A DNA stretch of 64,000 bases from Candidatus Kaiserbacteria bacterium. Its GTDB lineage: Bacteria > Patescibacteriota > Minisyncoccia > Phycocordibacterales > Phycocordibacteraceae. Each line of letters starts with the position of its first letter. The first letter of the stretch is position 1. The DNA lies in contig JACPGH010000003.1 in NCBI GenBank assembly GCA_016182485.1, positions 6,331-70,330 of the forward strand, given 5' to 3'. The notes below the pieces were generated by a model. That model made no database searches and was not told the origin of the DNA. It saw nothing but the letters and a program-made list of their open reading frames with translations. Below, piece after piece: positions 1 to 10,490 of the stretch. Position numbers and translations under genes: made by a program.

Positions 1-1
1 G

Positions 2-295
2 CATCGGAGCGCCCTGCCGCCGTTCAAGGAGTTCTATCACGCCATCCCGACAAAAACCTGTCAGAGCGGAACCCGGGGGCGACTGGGGGTCTTCGAGATC
101 TTGCGCATGGAGAAGAAACTCGAAGAGGTCATCCTGAAAGAGCCGGTGGAAGAAAAAGTGTTCGCCACCGCCCGCGCAGGCGGTATGCTCACGATGCGGG
201 AAGATGCGATATTGAAGGGGCTCGCCGGGCAGATACCTTTTGAAGAGATCAATACTCTCGGGGGCGAGCTTTTCCCCGGAACGGACGAATCTTGA
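2..295 (+). CDS. pilB: Type IV pilus assembly ATPase PilB/GspE, C-terminal fragment (5' end outside window)
   Basis: Translation of frame 2 gives CQSGTRGRLGVFEILRM, the CxxCxxxGYxGRxGxFExL zinc-binding C-terminal motif of GspE/PilB ATPases, followed by a conserved C-terminal tail. It lies upstream of pilT/pilC. Confidence 0.75.
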   Translation, partial: HRSALPPFKEFYHAIPTKTCQSGTRGRLGVFEILRMEKKLEEVILKEPVEEKVFATARAGGMLTMREDAILKGLAGQIPFEEINTLGGELFPGTDES

Positions 296-323
296 CAGGG
301 ACTTATAGTATACTGAAAACGCA

Positions 324-722
324 ATGGCATATCGGATCTATCTGGTAGATGATGACCGGTTCCTAGTAGATTTGTACGCGGTGAAGTTCAAGAACGCCGG
401 GCATGATGTCTCCGCCTTCACCGGCGGAGAAGCTTTGCTCGCGGAATTGCGCAAGGGCTCAGTCCCAGACGCCATCCTGCTCGATCTAATCATGCCGGGC
501 ATAAACGGTTTTGAAGCGCTCGAAACCATACGGAAGGAAAAGCTTGCGCAGGGCGCGAAGATAATAGTCTTATCTAATCAAGGGCAGGATTCTGATATCG
601 AACGGGCGAAGCGTCTCGCGGTGGACGGCTATATTATCAAAGCATCCGCCATCCCGTCGGAGGTATTTGCCGAAACGCTTCGTACGATCGGCCAGGGCAC
701 CTCGGGCGGTCCGCAACTGTAA
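324..722 (+). CDS. CheY-like response regulator, receiver domain only
   Basis: 132 aa. The N-terminal DDD acidic pocket, a conserved Ser/Thr and a Lys fit the REC domain. Sits between pilB and pilT (PilH/PilG-like context). Confidence 0.8.
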   Translation: MAYRIYLVDDDRFLVDLYAVKFKNAGHDVSAFTGGEALLAELRKGSVPDAILLDLIMPGINGFEALETIRKEKLAQGAKIIVLSNQGQDSDIERAKRLAVDGYIIKASAIPSEVFAETLRTIGQGTSGGPQL

Positions 723-728
723 GGCACT

Positions 729-1790
729 ATGACCCCCGATAAACGTCTCGGAGAGCTGCTCGACCTCGTCATCAGGGAAGGAGGCTCGGACCTGCATATA
801 TATGCGGGCGGCCCGCCGACCATACGGGTCGCCGGCGTACTCATCCCGATCACGAAATACGAGCCGCTGGCGGCAGAAGACACCGAGGCGATGTTCAAGA
901 GCATCGTGCCCGAAGAGCGGTGGCAGACGTTCCTTAAGAACCAGAGCCTTGATCTCTCGTATTCGCACCGGGCGGACGCGCGCTTCCGCATCAACGGTTA
1001 CCGCGCGCAGGGTACGGTCGCTTTCGCCCTCCGGCTCATTCCGCACGCGATCCGGACGTTCGCGGAATTGAACCTTCCGTCGCTCCTCGAGGTGTTCACC
1101 CAGCGGAAGCAGGGGTTCTTTCTTGTGGTCGGGCCGGTAGGGCAGGGAAAGTCCACGACGCTTGCCGCCATGACAGACCGCATTAACGATTCGCGAGCTG
1201 CGCACATCCTTACCATCGAAGATCCGGTAGAATATATTTTCACTCCCAAGCGCTCCCTCATACATCAGCGCGAAGTCCATATCGATGTGCCTGATTTCGC
1301 GTCGGCTCTCCAAGCCGCGTTCCGCGAAGATGTCGACGTAATCATGGTTGGGGAGATGCGCGATTACGAGACCATCTCGATGGCCGTAACTGCAGCCGAG
1401 ACCGGACATCTCGTATTCTCCACGCTGCACACCAACAATGCCTCGCAAACCATAGATCGCATCATAGATATGTTCCCCGCCCAGCAGCAGGACCAAGTGC
1501 GCGTACAGCTCGCAGGTTCTCTCGCCGGCATCTTCTCGCAACGCCTCCTGCCGCGGGTCTCTGGAGGTCTTATTCCCGCCTTCGAGCTTCTCATCAATAA
1601 TAATGCGGTAAGCACGCTTATCCGCGAGAAGCAGACACACGAGCTAAATTCAGTAATACAGACCTCTTCTCAGGAAGGAATGGTAGATATGGATCGCATG
1701 CTCTCCGAACTCGTCCACAAGGGAGAGGTGACCGTCGAGCACGCATACGAGCATGCGATGGATCCGAAGACGTTCGAAAGATACCTGTGA
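729..1790 (+). CDS. pilT: Twitching motility / pilus retraction ATPase PilT
   Basis: Walker A GPVGQGKSTT, Asp box, and a PilT-type His box AIRQDPDVIMVGEMRD-like region. 353 aa. Confidence 0.9.
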   Translation: MTPDKRLGELLDLVIREGGSDLHIYAGGPPTIRVAGVLIPITKYEPLAAEDTEAMFKSIVPEERWQTFLKNQSLDLSYSHRADARFRINGYRAQGTVAFALRLIPHAIRTFAELNLPSLLEVFTQRKQGFFLVVGPVGQGKSTTLAAMTDRINDSRAAHILTIEDPVEYIFTPKRSLIHQREVHIDVPDFASALQAAFREDVDVIMVGEMRDYETISMAVTAAETGHLVFSTLHTNNASQTIDRIIDMFPAQQQDQVRVQLAGSLAGIFSQRLLPRVSGGLIPAFELLINNNAVSTLIREKQTHELNSVIQTSSQEGMVDMDRMLSELVHKGEVTVEHAYEHAMDPKTFERYL

Positions 1791-1818
1791 ACTAGGCACT
1801 AGGCACTAGGCACTAGGA
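1791..1818. repeat. 7-bp tandem repeat (ACTAGGC x ~4) leading into a CTAG-rich palindromic intergenic element (1791-1862)
   Basis: actaggcactaggcactaggcactagga read directly. Followed by tgctagca ... gcctagagcctagcgcc, an inverted arrangement. Confidence 0.8.
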
Positions 1819-1866
1819 TGCTAGCATGGAGAGGAATTTGCTAACGCCTAGAGCCTAGCGCCTAAC

Positions 1867-3072
1867 ATGCTATTTAACTACCACGCGATAGATCAGGACG
1901 GGCACGAGCGGGACGGGACTATCGAGGCGCCGGGACAAGATATCGCCGTCGCCGCGTTGCAGCGGCGGAGCCTGATAATCTCAGCCATTACGCCAGCCGA
2001 ACAGAAGTCGGGACTCTCGATGGAATTGCCGTTCATGAATCGGGTTTCGAACAAGGATATCGTCATCCTTTCGCGGCAGATCGCTACGTTGTTCGAAGCG
2101 CAAGTATCCGCGCTGCGCATCTTCCGCCTGCTTGCCGCCGAAGTCGATAATAAGTATCTCGCGAAGGTACTCTCTGGTGTGAGCGACGATCTGCAGGGCG
2201 GCAGCCCTATAAGCAAAGCCTTATCGCAGTATCCGAAGGCGTTCTCCTCTTTTTACGTCAATATGGTGCATGCCGGAGAAGAGTCCGGGAAACTATCCGA
2301 GACCTTCGTCTATCTTGCCGATTATCTCGACCGTTCTTATGAGATCACGAGCAAGGTCAGCAATGCCCTCATTTATCCCATTTTCATTGTGTCGACGTTC
2401 TTCGGAGTCATGATCCTTATGCTGACTCTCGTCATTCCGAAGATCAGCGCTATCCTCCTCGAATCCGGCCAAGAAATACCGTTTTATACGAAGATCGTAA
2501 TAGGCCTTTCCGACTTCTTCGTTCAATATGGGATATTCGTCTTTTTCGCACTGATAGCCGGGGGCGTTTACGTGTGGCAGCTCGGCAAGACTCCCAAGGG
2601 AAAGCTCGCTATGGACGGCCTCAAGCTCTCGGTCCCTTACCTGGGCAGCCTGTATTCCAAGTTTTATCTCGCCCGAATCGCGGACAATTTCTCCACGATG
2701 CTCCTCTCTGGCATTCCTGTGATCGAAGCCATCGAGATTACGGGTTCAGTCGTAGATAACTCCGTATACCAGGCAGTGCTAGAGGACGTGAAGAATGACG
2801 TGAAAGGGGGGGCCTCCATTTCGAACGCCCTAGGCGCGCACCCGGAGATCCCGAGCATCATGACCGCCATCATGCGGGTCGGGGAAGAAACCGGCGAACT
2901 GGGCAAAATACTCACTACCTTGGCCAAGTTCTATAACCGGGAAGTGAGCAATGCCGTAGACACACTCGTCGGGCTCATCGAGCCTCTGATGCTCGTCCTC
3001 CTCGGCGTCGGAGTAGGCACCCTCCTCGCGGCAGTATTGATGCCAATCTACAATCTCGCCAGCGCGTTCTAG
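1867..3072 (+). CDS. pilC: Type IV pilus inner-membrane platform protein PilC (GspF family)
   Basis: 401 aa with two GspF-like repeats and three TM segments. Conserved pilT-pilC order. Confidence 0.9.
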   Translation: MLFNYHAIDQDGHERDGTIEAPGQDIAVAALQRRSLIISAITPAEQKSGLSMELPFMNRVSNKDIVILSRQIATLFEAQVSALRIFRLLAAEVDNKYLAKVLSGVSDDLQGGSPISKALSQYPKAFSSFYVNMVHAGEESGKLSETFVYLADYLDRSYEITSKVSNALIYPIFIVSTFFGVMILMLTLVIPKISAILLESGQEIPFYTKIVIGLSDFFVQYGIFVFFALIAGGVYVWQLGKTPKGKLAMDGLKLSVPYLGSLYSKFYLARIADNFSTMLLSGIPVIEAIEITGSVVDNSVYQAVLEDVKNDVKGGASISNALGAHPEIPSIMTAIMRVGEETGELGKILTTLAKFYNREVSNAVDTLVGLIEPLMLVLLGVGVGTLLAAVLMPIYNLASAF

Positions 3073-3146
3073 TAGCTTATCCACAGCTGCTCAGCGCGGC
3101 GACATTCTATGGCGTACAATTTAGCCATTAGCCAATTATTATCATT

Positions 3147-3614
3147 ATGTACAAAAATCGTTCCCGAGGTCTTGTCCTGAGCTTGTCGAAGGGCTTCACC
3201 CTCATCGAATTACTCGTAGTCATCGCCATCATTGGCATTCTCTCGGCCGTTGTGCTCGCTTCCTTGAACACGGCGCGCTCGAGGGGCAATGATGCGGCGA
3301 TTCAGTCGGACTTATCAGCCGTTCGAGCCCAGGCTGAAATCTTCTACGGCACTGGCAACACGTATGGCACAGCTGGCGCGAGTTGCACCACCGCCGGCAG
3401 TCTATTCGCCGACGCGACAATAGCAAGAGCCATCACTGGCGCAGAGTCGGCCAACGGATCGGCGAGCGTAGTTTGTAACAATTCGACAACCGCGTATGCG
3501 ATCTCCTCGCCGCTCGCGTCGGATGTTTCCAAATTCTGGTGCATCGATTCGACCGGTTTCGCTGGGCAGCGCGCCACCGCCCTCGGCACCGCGACTGTGT
3601 GCCCTGCGAGCTAA
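3147..3614 (+). CDS. pilA: Type IV major pilin (prepilin, class III signal)
   Basis: N-terminal KG|FTLIELLVVIAIIGILSAV prepilin cleavage/methylation motif with Glu at +5. C-terminal Cys pair forms a disulfide loop. Confidence 0.8.
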   Translation: MYKNRSRGLVLSLSKGFTLIELLVVIAIIGILSAVVLASLNTARSRGNDAAIQSDLSAVRAQAEIFYGTGNTYGTAGASCTTAGSLFADATIARAITGAESANGSASVVCNNSTTAYAISSPLASDVSKFWCIDSTGFAGQRATALGTATVCPAS

Positions 3615-3637
3615 TAATTCTGCCTACCTCAATCTCT

Positions 3638-4084
3638 ATGAAAAAAGGCTTCACCCTCATCGAATTACTCGTAGTCATCGCCATCATTGGCATTCTCTCG
3701 GCCGTTGTGCTCGCTTCCTTGAACACGGCGCGCAACAAGGGGAGCGATGCGGCGATACAGGCCGACTTGAGTAGCGTGCGCTCGCAGGCGGCGATATACT
3801 TCAACGAGAACGGCAATTACGGAACGGTGACTGAAGCGACAACCGGCTGTACCGCTCCTAACACGTTCTTCGTGTTGGATACGACCGTGGCTACCCAAGT
3901 TGCCGCAGCAGAAAACGCCAATGGCACGACGCTCGGCGTTGTATGCAATACTGCCGCGAACGGAGAAGCCTATGCTGTTTCGGCCGCGCTCGTGGCTAAC
4001 TCCGGATCTTACTTCTGTATCGACAGTGCGGGCGTAGCGACGACTACTGCTACGGGGCTCGGTGCGAATACGACCTGCTCATAG
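3638..4084 (+). CDS. Type IV pilin paralog (second tandem major pilin)
   Basis: ATG at 3638 gives MKKGFTLIELLVVIAIIGILSAVVLASLNTAR.... About 90 nt of 5' coding sequence are nucleotide-identical to the upstream pilin (3195-3288 versus 3649-3742). The C-terminus is divergent and has a Cys pair. Confidence 0.8.
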   Translation: MKKGFTLIELLVVIAIIGILSAVVLASLNTARNKGSDAAIQADLSSVRSQAAIYFNENGNYGTVTEATTGCTAPNTFFVLDTTVATQVAAAENANGTTLGVVCNTAANGEAYAVSAALVANSGSYFCIDSAGVATTTATGLGANTTCS

Positions 4085-4144
4085 CTAGCTTATCAGGCTT
4101 TAGGCGCTAGGCTCTAGCATCCAACTGCTAGAGCCTAAAGCCTA
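4084..4144. repeat. CTAG-rich near-perfect palindrome (intergenic hairpin) downstream of the pilins
   Basis: aggctttaggcgctaggctctagca tccaac tgctagagcctaaagcctagtgcct. The arms are reverse complements with two mismatches. Same motif family as 1791-1862. Confidence 0.75.
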
Positions 4145-4927
4145 GTGCCTGGAGCCTTGTATTATTGGCTCATGACTCTTTTTTTCTTCGCGCTCGGGGC
4201 GGTCGTCGCGAGTTTTCTCGGCGTAGTCGTCGCGCGGCTCAATACCGGCCAGGGCTTCCTTTCCGGCCGTTCATGCTGCGACGCGTGCGGCGCTACCTTG
4301 CGCGCTTCTCACCTCGTACCCGTGGCGTCATATATCTGGCATGGCGGCAGGGCGGGTTGCTGTCGAACGCGGCTCTCGCTCCTCTCGCCGCTCTCGGAAA
4401 TTACGCTTGGGGGTCTTTACGCAGGAATGTATATCGTTCTCGGATTCCAGATGGCTTTGGCTTTTTTTCTTTTGTCTCTCGGATTGCTCGCGGCGCTCGT
4501 GCTCTACGACCTCGCGCACCAGATCCTGCCGTGGCCGCTTCTGCTCCCTTTCATCGCGGCGAGCGCCGCCGCTCGCTTGGCGCTCTCTCCTCACGGAGAA
4601 TGGGCTTACGCTTTCCTCTCTGCTTTTGCCGCCGCCGCAGTTCTGGCACTCATTCATGTGATTTCTCGGGGCAGAGCGATGGGCCTAGCCGATGCGCCGC
4701 TTGCGTTCGCTCTCGCACTTCTCGTCGGGCCCGGACTCGTGCTTGCCGGTTTCGTCTTTTCGTTCTGGATCGGCGCCGGTATCGGGATAATCCTGTTGTT
4801 CATGCGGCCTGCCGGCTCTAGAATGGGAGTTGAGGTGCCGTTCGCGCCATTTCTGGCAGCGGGCTTCCTCCTCGCCTTCTTTACACAATGGAATCCTTTC
4901 GCGTATCTCGCGGCTTCACTCTGGTAG
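4145..4927 (+). CDS. pilD: Prepilin peptidase / N-methyltransferase PilD (A24 family)
   Basis: N-terminal CDACGATL...GGRAGCCRTRLS tetracysteine zinc motif. Polytopic membrane protein with the catalytic Asp region. Confidence 0.85.
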   Translation: MPGALYYWLMTLFFFALGAVVASFLGVVVARLNTGQGFLSGRSCCDACGATLRASHLVPVASYIWHGGRAGCCRTRLSLLSPLSEITLGGLYAGMYIVLGFQMALAFFLLSLGLLAALVLYDLAHQILPWPLLLPFIAASAAARLALSPHGEWAYAFLSAFAAAAVLALIHVISRGRAMGLADAPLAFALALLVGPGLVLAGFVFSFWIGAGIGIILLFMRPAGSRMGVEVPFAPFLAAGFLLAFFTQWNPFAYLAASLW

Positions 4928-5613
4928 AGATGCTCGTCGTGCTCAGCATCATCGGGATCATTACTTCTGTCGCGGTTACCGGCCAGGCGGCATTCAATAG
5001 GTCATTCATACTATCAAATACCGCGTACGACATTGCGCTAACATTACGCTCGGCCGAAGCGTACGGACTGGGGAATCGCGCCATAGGCGATCGCAGCACC
5101 GGGTACGGGCTTAATTTCAATCGCTTGACACCTTCCGTCTTCACTCTTTTCGTCGATAGTTATCGGCCGGTCGGAAGCGAATCTTCCCAGCTCTGCCACC
5201 CGCTTCCGGCAAATGACCCGCGCGGCCCGGATGCTCGTCCGGGCAATTGCGCGTATGACGCAAGTCAAGGCGAAAGAAAAACGGCGTATACGCTCGGGAA
5301 TGGTATAACCATAAACAAATTCTGTGCAAATGACGGGAGTTGGAGATGTTCGACGGAGCTTCCATGTACTGAGATTTGGTTGGGAGGACGAAAAACTTGC
5401 GTAACGGTGCGCAACAGCCGTCTTTCATCGCTTGATATAATCTTTGCGCGGCCGGATACGCAGCCGTTCATGAGCGTTAACGGCTCGTATTCTAAGTCGT
5501 CTCCCGTGTCGCAAGCATGCCTTGAGATCGCATCTCCCCAAGGGAGTAGTCGGTATATTTACGTCTTCTCTTCCGGAGCCATTACGACAAACGCTCTCTC
5601 CTGTCCGCCATGA
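4888..5613 (+). CDS. Minor pilin / pseudopilin with prepilin N-terminus
   Basis: RGFTLVEMLVVLSIIGII motif. Overlaps the pilD 3' end by 40 nt in another frame. Confidence 0.6.
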   Translation: MESFRVSRGFTLVEMLVVLSIIGIITSVAVTGQAAFNRSFILSNTAYDIALTLRSAEAYGLGNRAIGDRSTGYGLNFNRLTPSVFTLFVDSYRPVGSESSQLCHPLPANDPRGPDARPGNCAYDASQGERKTAYTLGNGITINKFCANDGSWRCSTELPCTEIWLGGRKTCVTVRNSRLSSLDIIFARPDTQPFMSVNGSYSKSSPVSQACLEIASPQGSSRYIYVFSSGAITTNALSCPP

Positions 5614-6137
5614 TTTCACCAAATACGCGTCCGCGCGGCTACACGCTCATCGAACTCATTATCGCCGTCGGAATATTCGCGCTCGTTATGACGCTCGCCG
5701 GTGGAGCATATCTGATAGTAATTGGTGTAAATAGGCAAGTCCATGCCATGACCACAGGTATCAACAATCTTAGTTACGCGCTGGATACCATGGCGCGTAA
5801 TATACGCACGGGAACTGGTTACCGTTGCGGGAGCGGGAACTGTACTGACGGCCCCAGCTTCTCATTCACAGACCAGTCCGGCCGGTCCGTAACTTATTCG
5901 CTCAGCAATAACGCGATACAACAGAATGTGGATAGCGTGTCGAGCACGGTAACCGACCCGGCCATCACCATTTCGGCACTCAGATTTTATGCGTCAGGCA
6001 CCGGACGTACTGCTAACAGCGATTACACCCAGCCGTACGTTACTATTGTCATATCCGGCGAAATATCTACGGGACGCGGAGACCCGCTAGGTTTTTCGTT
6101 GGAAACTTCTGCCGCCATGCGCGGGACGGACATATGA
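5610..6137 (+). CDS. Minor pilin / pseudopilin
   Basis: RGYTLIELIIAVGIFALVM prepilin-type N-terminus. ATGA overlap with neighbouring genes. Confidence 0.6.
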   Translation: MISPNTRPRGYTLIELIIAVGIFALVMTLAGGAYLIVIGVNRQVHAMTTGINNLSYALDTMARNIRTGTGYRCGSGNCTDGPSFSFTDQSGRSVTYSLSNNAIQQNVDSVSSTVTDPAITISALRFYASGTGRTANSDYTQPYVTIVISGEISTGRGDPLGFSLETSAAMRGTDI

Positions 6138-6760
6138 AAAGCAGAAGACGGAAAGCAGTAAGCAATAAGCAGAAAAAACCGATCAGGCGGCGTTCGACTG
6201 CCTACTCATCCGGATTTACCCTCATTGAAACGATGGTTGCCGTGTCCATCCTGGCTCTTGCCATCGCCGGCCCCATGTATGTGGCCGGCCGTTCCATCGT
6301 ATACGCGCAGATCGCGCGGGATGAGCTTATCGCCGTCTCGCTCGCGCAGGAGGGGATCGAATTCGTACGCCGAATGCGTGATAACTCGTATCTTTTCGCG
6401 TACAGGCAGGGCGGCTCTACCGTTTCAGCTACTGCCTGGAATAACTTTACTTCCGGAGGCTCCCTTTACGGAACCAACCCCTCTATTTATGGATGCGCCC
6501 CTCCGGCTAAGTGCACGCTGGACCCCTTGGATACCGGATTACGGCAGTATTCTGAATCGGCCAACGTGCCGATGCTCTATCTGGATAGTAGCGGCAAATA
6601 TAACCAGCGTTTTATTGGCACCGCGACGCCTTTCAAACGGACGATACAGGCGACGGCCATCTCTCCTACCGATGAGCTCATCGTCTCTACTGTTTCGTGG
6701 ACTTTCCGCGGCACATCGTACACGGTAAGCGCGCGCGATCATTTGACGCCATGGCAATGA
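6134..6760 (+). CDS. Minor pilin / pseudopilin
   Basis: SGFTLIETMVAVSILALAIA prepilin-type N-terminus after a basic leader. Confidence 0.6.
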   Translation: MKSRRRKAVSNKQKKPIRRRSTAYSSGFTLIETMVAVSILALAIAGPMYVAGRSIVYAQIARDELIAVSLAQEGIEFVRRMRDNSYLFAYRQGGSTVSATAWNNFTSGGSLYGTNPSIYGCAPPAKCTLDPLDTGLRQYSESANVPMLYLDSSGKYNQRFIGTATPFKRTIQATAISPTDELIVSTVSWTFRGTSYTVSARDHLTPWQ

Positions 6761-7974
6761 GAAATTTCCAATTTCCAATTTCCGCTTTTCAAAGCCAGCG
6801 CGGCTTTGCTCTTCTCGTCTCCCTCGTCTTCATGTCGGTGATGCTTGCTTTCGGGCTTGCTTTGAGCACGCTCTCTTACAAGCAGCAGCAACTCGCGTCC
6901 TCCGCGGTACAGTCCCAGCACGCTTTTTACGCCGCGGACGCGGCGCTCGAGTGCGCCCTGTATGCCGACCAGCAGCAGAATCTCTTCGCCTATACGTCTG
7001 ATACTTCGGCGCCCGCTCCGGCTTTGGCCTGTGACAGCGCCCAGCTTATTTACGCCGAAAAATTAAGCCATAGCGAAGACCGGTGGGTGATCAAAGAAAG
7101 GCTCTCATTCGATTCGGATGCCCGATGCGCGGACGTCACTGCCTATAAGCCGGCGGGGAGCGGTACCACCTATCTCTTCGCGCAGGGATACAGCGCGTCC
7201 TGCGCGATCGTCGAGAATCCAGGGAACGCCCGTTTCACCGTCCGCGGCGTCAAGACGATCTACAGCTCCTTCGCCCCCAGGCCCTGTACGACTGAAACAT
7301 TCCCGTATACGGGGCAGGCGCAAACTTGGATGGTGCCGGAAGGCGTTACCTCCGTATCGATCGCCGCGCGCGGGGCGGTCGGTGGTTACGGGGAAGGCGG
7401 TAAGGGAGCGGAAGTTACTGGCATACTTTCGGTAACGCCTGGAGAAAGATTGGTAATTTATGTGGGAGGAAAGGCCGGATTTAACGGAGGAGGATATAGC
7501 GGCTTTTATAGCGGCGGCGGGGCCTCGGACGTGCGTCAGGGGGGAACGACGATCACCCCGATCGATTACCGAGTAATCGTGGCCGGGGGCGGGGGCGGAC
7601 CGGGCATGCGCGGTGAGGCCGGAGGCGCCAGCGAGCGCAATGGTCAAGCTGGAGACGATGCTCTCGACTGCGGGAACGGCGGCGGCGGCGGTACTCAAGA
7701 GGCCGGAGGGAGCGGAGGTCAAGCCGGTACCTGCGCAAATTTCGGACAACTTGGGAACGTGGGTTCTTTGGGACAAGGCGGGGACGGCGGTTTCTTCAGC
7801 GGCGGCGGCGGCGGCGGCTACTACGGCGGCGGCGGCGGTACGGCTATATCTAAAGGAGGTATTAAACATGCCGGCGGCGGCGGCGGCTCAAGCCTGGTGC
7901 CTCCCGGCGGCACAGTTATCACAAGCGCGGCGGGCGGCGATGGCGTAGTTACTATTTCAACGTGCGGCCAATAA
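6757..7974 (+). CDS. Pilin-like protein with C-terminal glycine-rich (Gly_rich-type) domain; possible pilus tip/adhesin
   Basis: ATGA overlap start at 6757. N-terminal hydrophobic pilin-like helix RGFALLVSLVFMSVMLAFGLAL. The C-terminal ~200 aa contain GGGGG/GGGAT/AGGGGG runs (GGYGEGGKG...IVAGGGGGPGM...GGGGGGYYGGGGG). Confidence 0.6.
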   Translation: MRNFQFPISAFQSQRGFALLVSLVFMSVMLAFGLALSTLSYKQQQLASSAVQSQHAFYAADAALECALYADQQQNLFAYTSDTSAPAPALACDSAQLIYAEKLSHSEDRWVIKERLSFDSDARCADVTAYKPAGSGTTYLFAQGYSASCAIVENPGNARFTVRGVKTIYSSFAPRPCTTETFPYTGQAQTWMVPEGVTSVSIAARGAVGGYGEGGKGAEVTGILSVTPGERLVIYVGGKAGFNGGGYSGFYSGGGASDVRQGGTTITPIDYRVIVAGGGGGPGMRGEAGGASERNGQAGDDALDCGNGGGGGTQEAGGSGGQAGTCANFGQLGNVGSLGQGGDGGFFSGGGGGGYYGGGGGTAISKGGIKHAGGGGGSSLVPPGGTVITSAAGGDGVVTISTCGQ

Positions 7975-8006
7975 TTGTGCTCGCGCCGCCTGTATTTTTG
8001 GCCTAG

Positions 8007-10055
<2,049 letters not shown>

Positions 10056-10142
10056 ACCGGCATTTTCCTTGTGCATTGCGTACTGTTTAAGTCAGACTTA
10101 AACAGTGAGACGAGAGTCGGCGCGTTGTGATAAAGTGCATTA

Positions 10143-10436
10143 ATGGCGACGAAAGAGGAGGTGAAGAAGCTGGCGGCGCTCGCGCGCATTTCTATAGCGG
10201 ACGAGGAGCTTGAGAAATTCACACAAGAGTTTGATGCCGTTATCGCGTATGTGGGGCAATTGGAATCTCTCAACCAGCCTCCAGCCTCCAGCCTCCAGCC
10301 TCAAGCCCTGCGCAACGTCCTGCGCGAGGACGGAGAGCCGACGGCTCCGGGTACGAATACGGAGAAACTCGTCGCGCAGTTTCCCGAGAGGGAAGGGAAC
10401 GCGCTCGTTGTAAAGCAAATAATCAGCCATGACTAA
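10143..10436 (+). CDS. gatC: Asp/Glu-tRNA amidotransferase subunit C
   Basis: 97 aa. The EEVKKLAALARISIADEELEKF N-terminus is typical of GatC. Directly upstream of gatA. Confidence 0.85.
   Translation: MATKEEVKKLAALARISIADEELEKFTQEFDAVIAYVGQLESLNQPPASSLQPQALRNVLREDGEPTAPGTNTEKLVAQFPEREGNALVVKQIISHD
10274..10301 (+). repeat. 7-bp tandem repeat (CCAGCCT x4, plus a degenerate fifth unit) inside the gatC coding sequence
   Basis: ccagcctccagcctccagcctccagcct caagccc read directly. Encodes QPPASSLQPQA. Confidence 0.85.
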
Positions 10437-10490
10437 GGCGAAGCGGAGCGCGACCGATTTTTGTGCTGCGGGCGGAGCCAACCCTCGTAT

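Noticed and set aside
570-1640. 356-aa minus-strand ORF opposite pilT
   Set aside because: Fully antisense to a well-supported PilT gene. Arg/Gly-rich composition typical of high-GC antisense frames.
4165-4821. 218-aa Arg-rich ORF in an alternative frame of pilD
   Set aside because: Overlaps PilD in frame +2. Extremely basic, low-complexity sequence with no motifs.
7105-7869. 254-aa minus-strand ORF (Ala-rich) and a 111-aa plus-frame ORF inside the Gly-rich pilin gene
   Set aside because: Artefacts of the GGC/GCC-rich repeat region. Their composition mirrors the Gly codons of the sense gene, and there is no independent signal.
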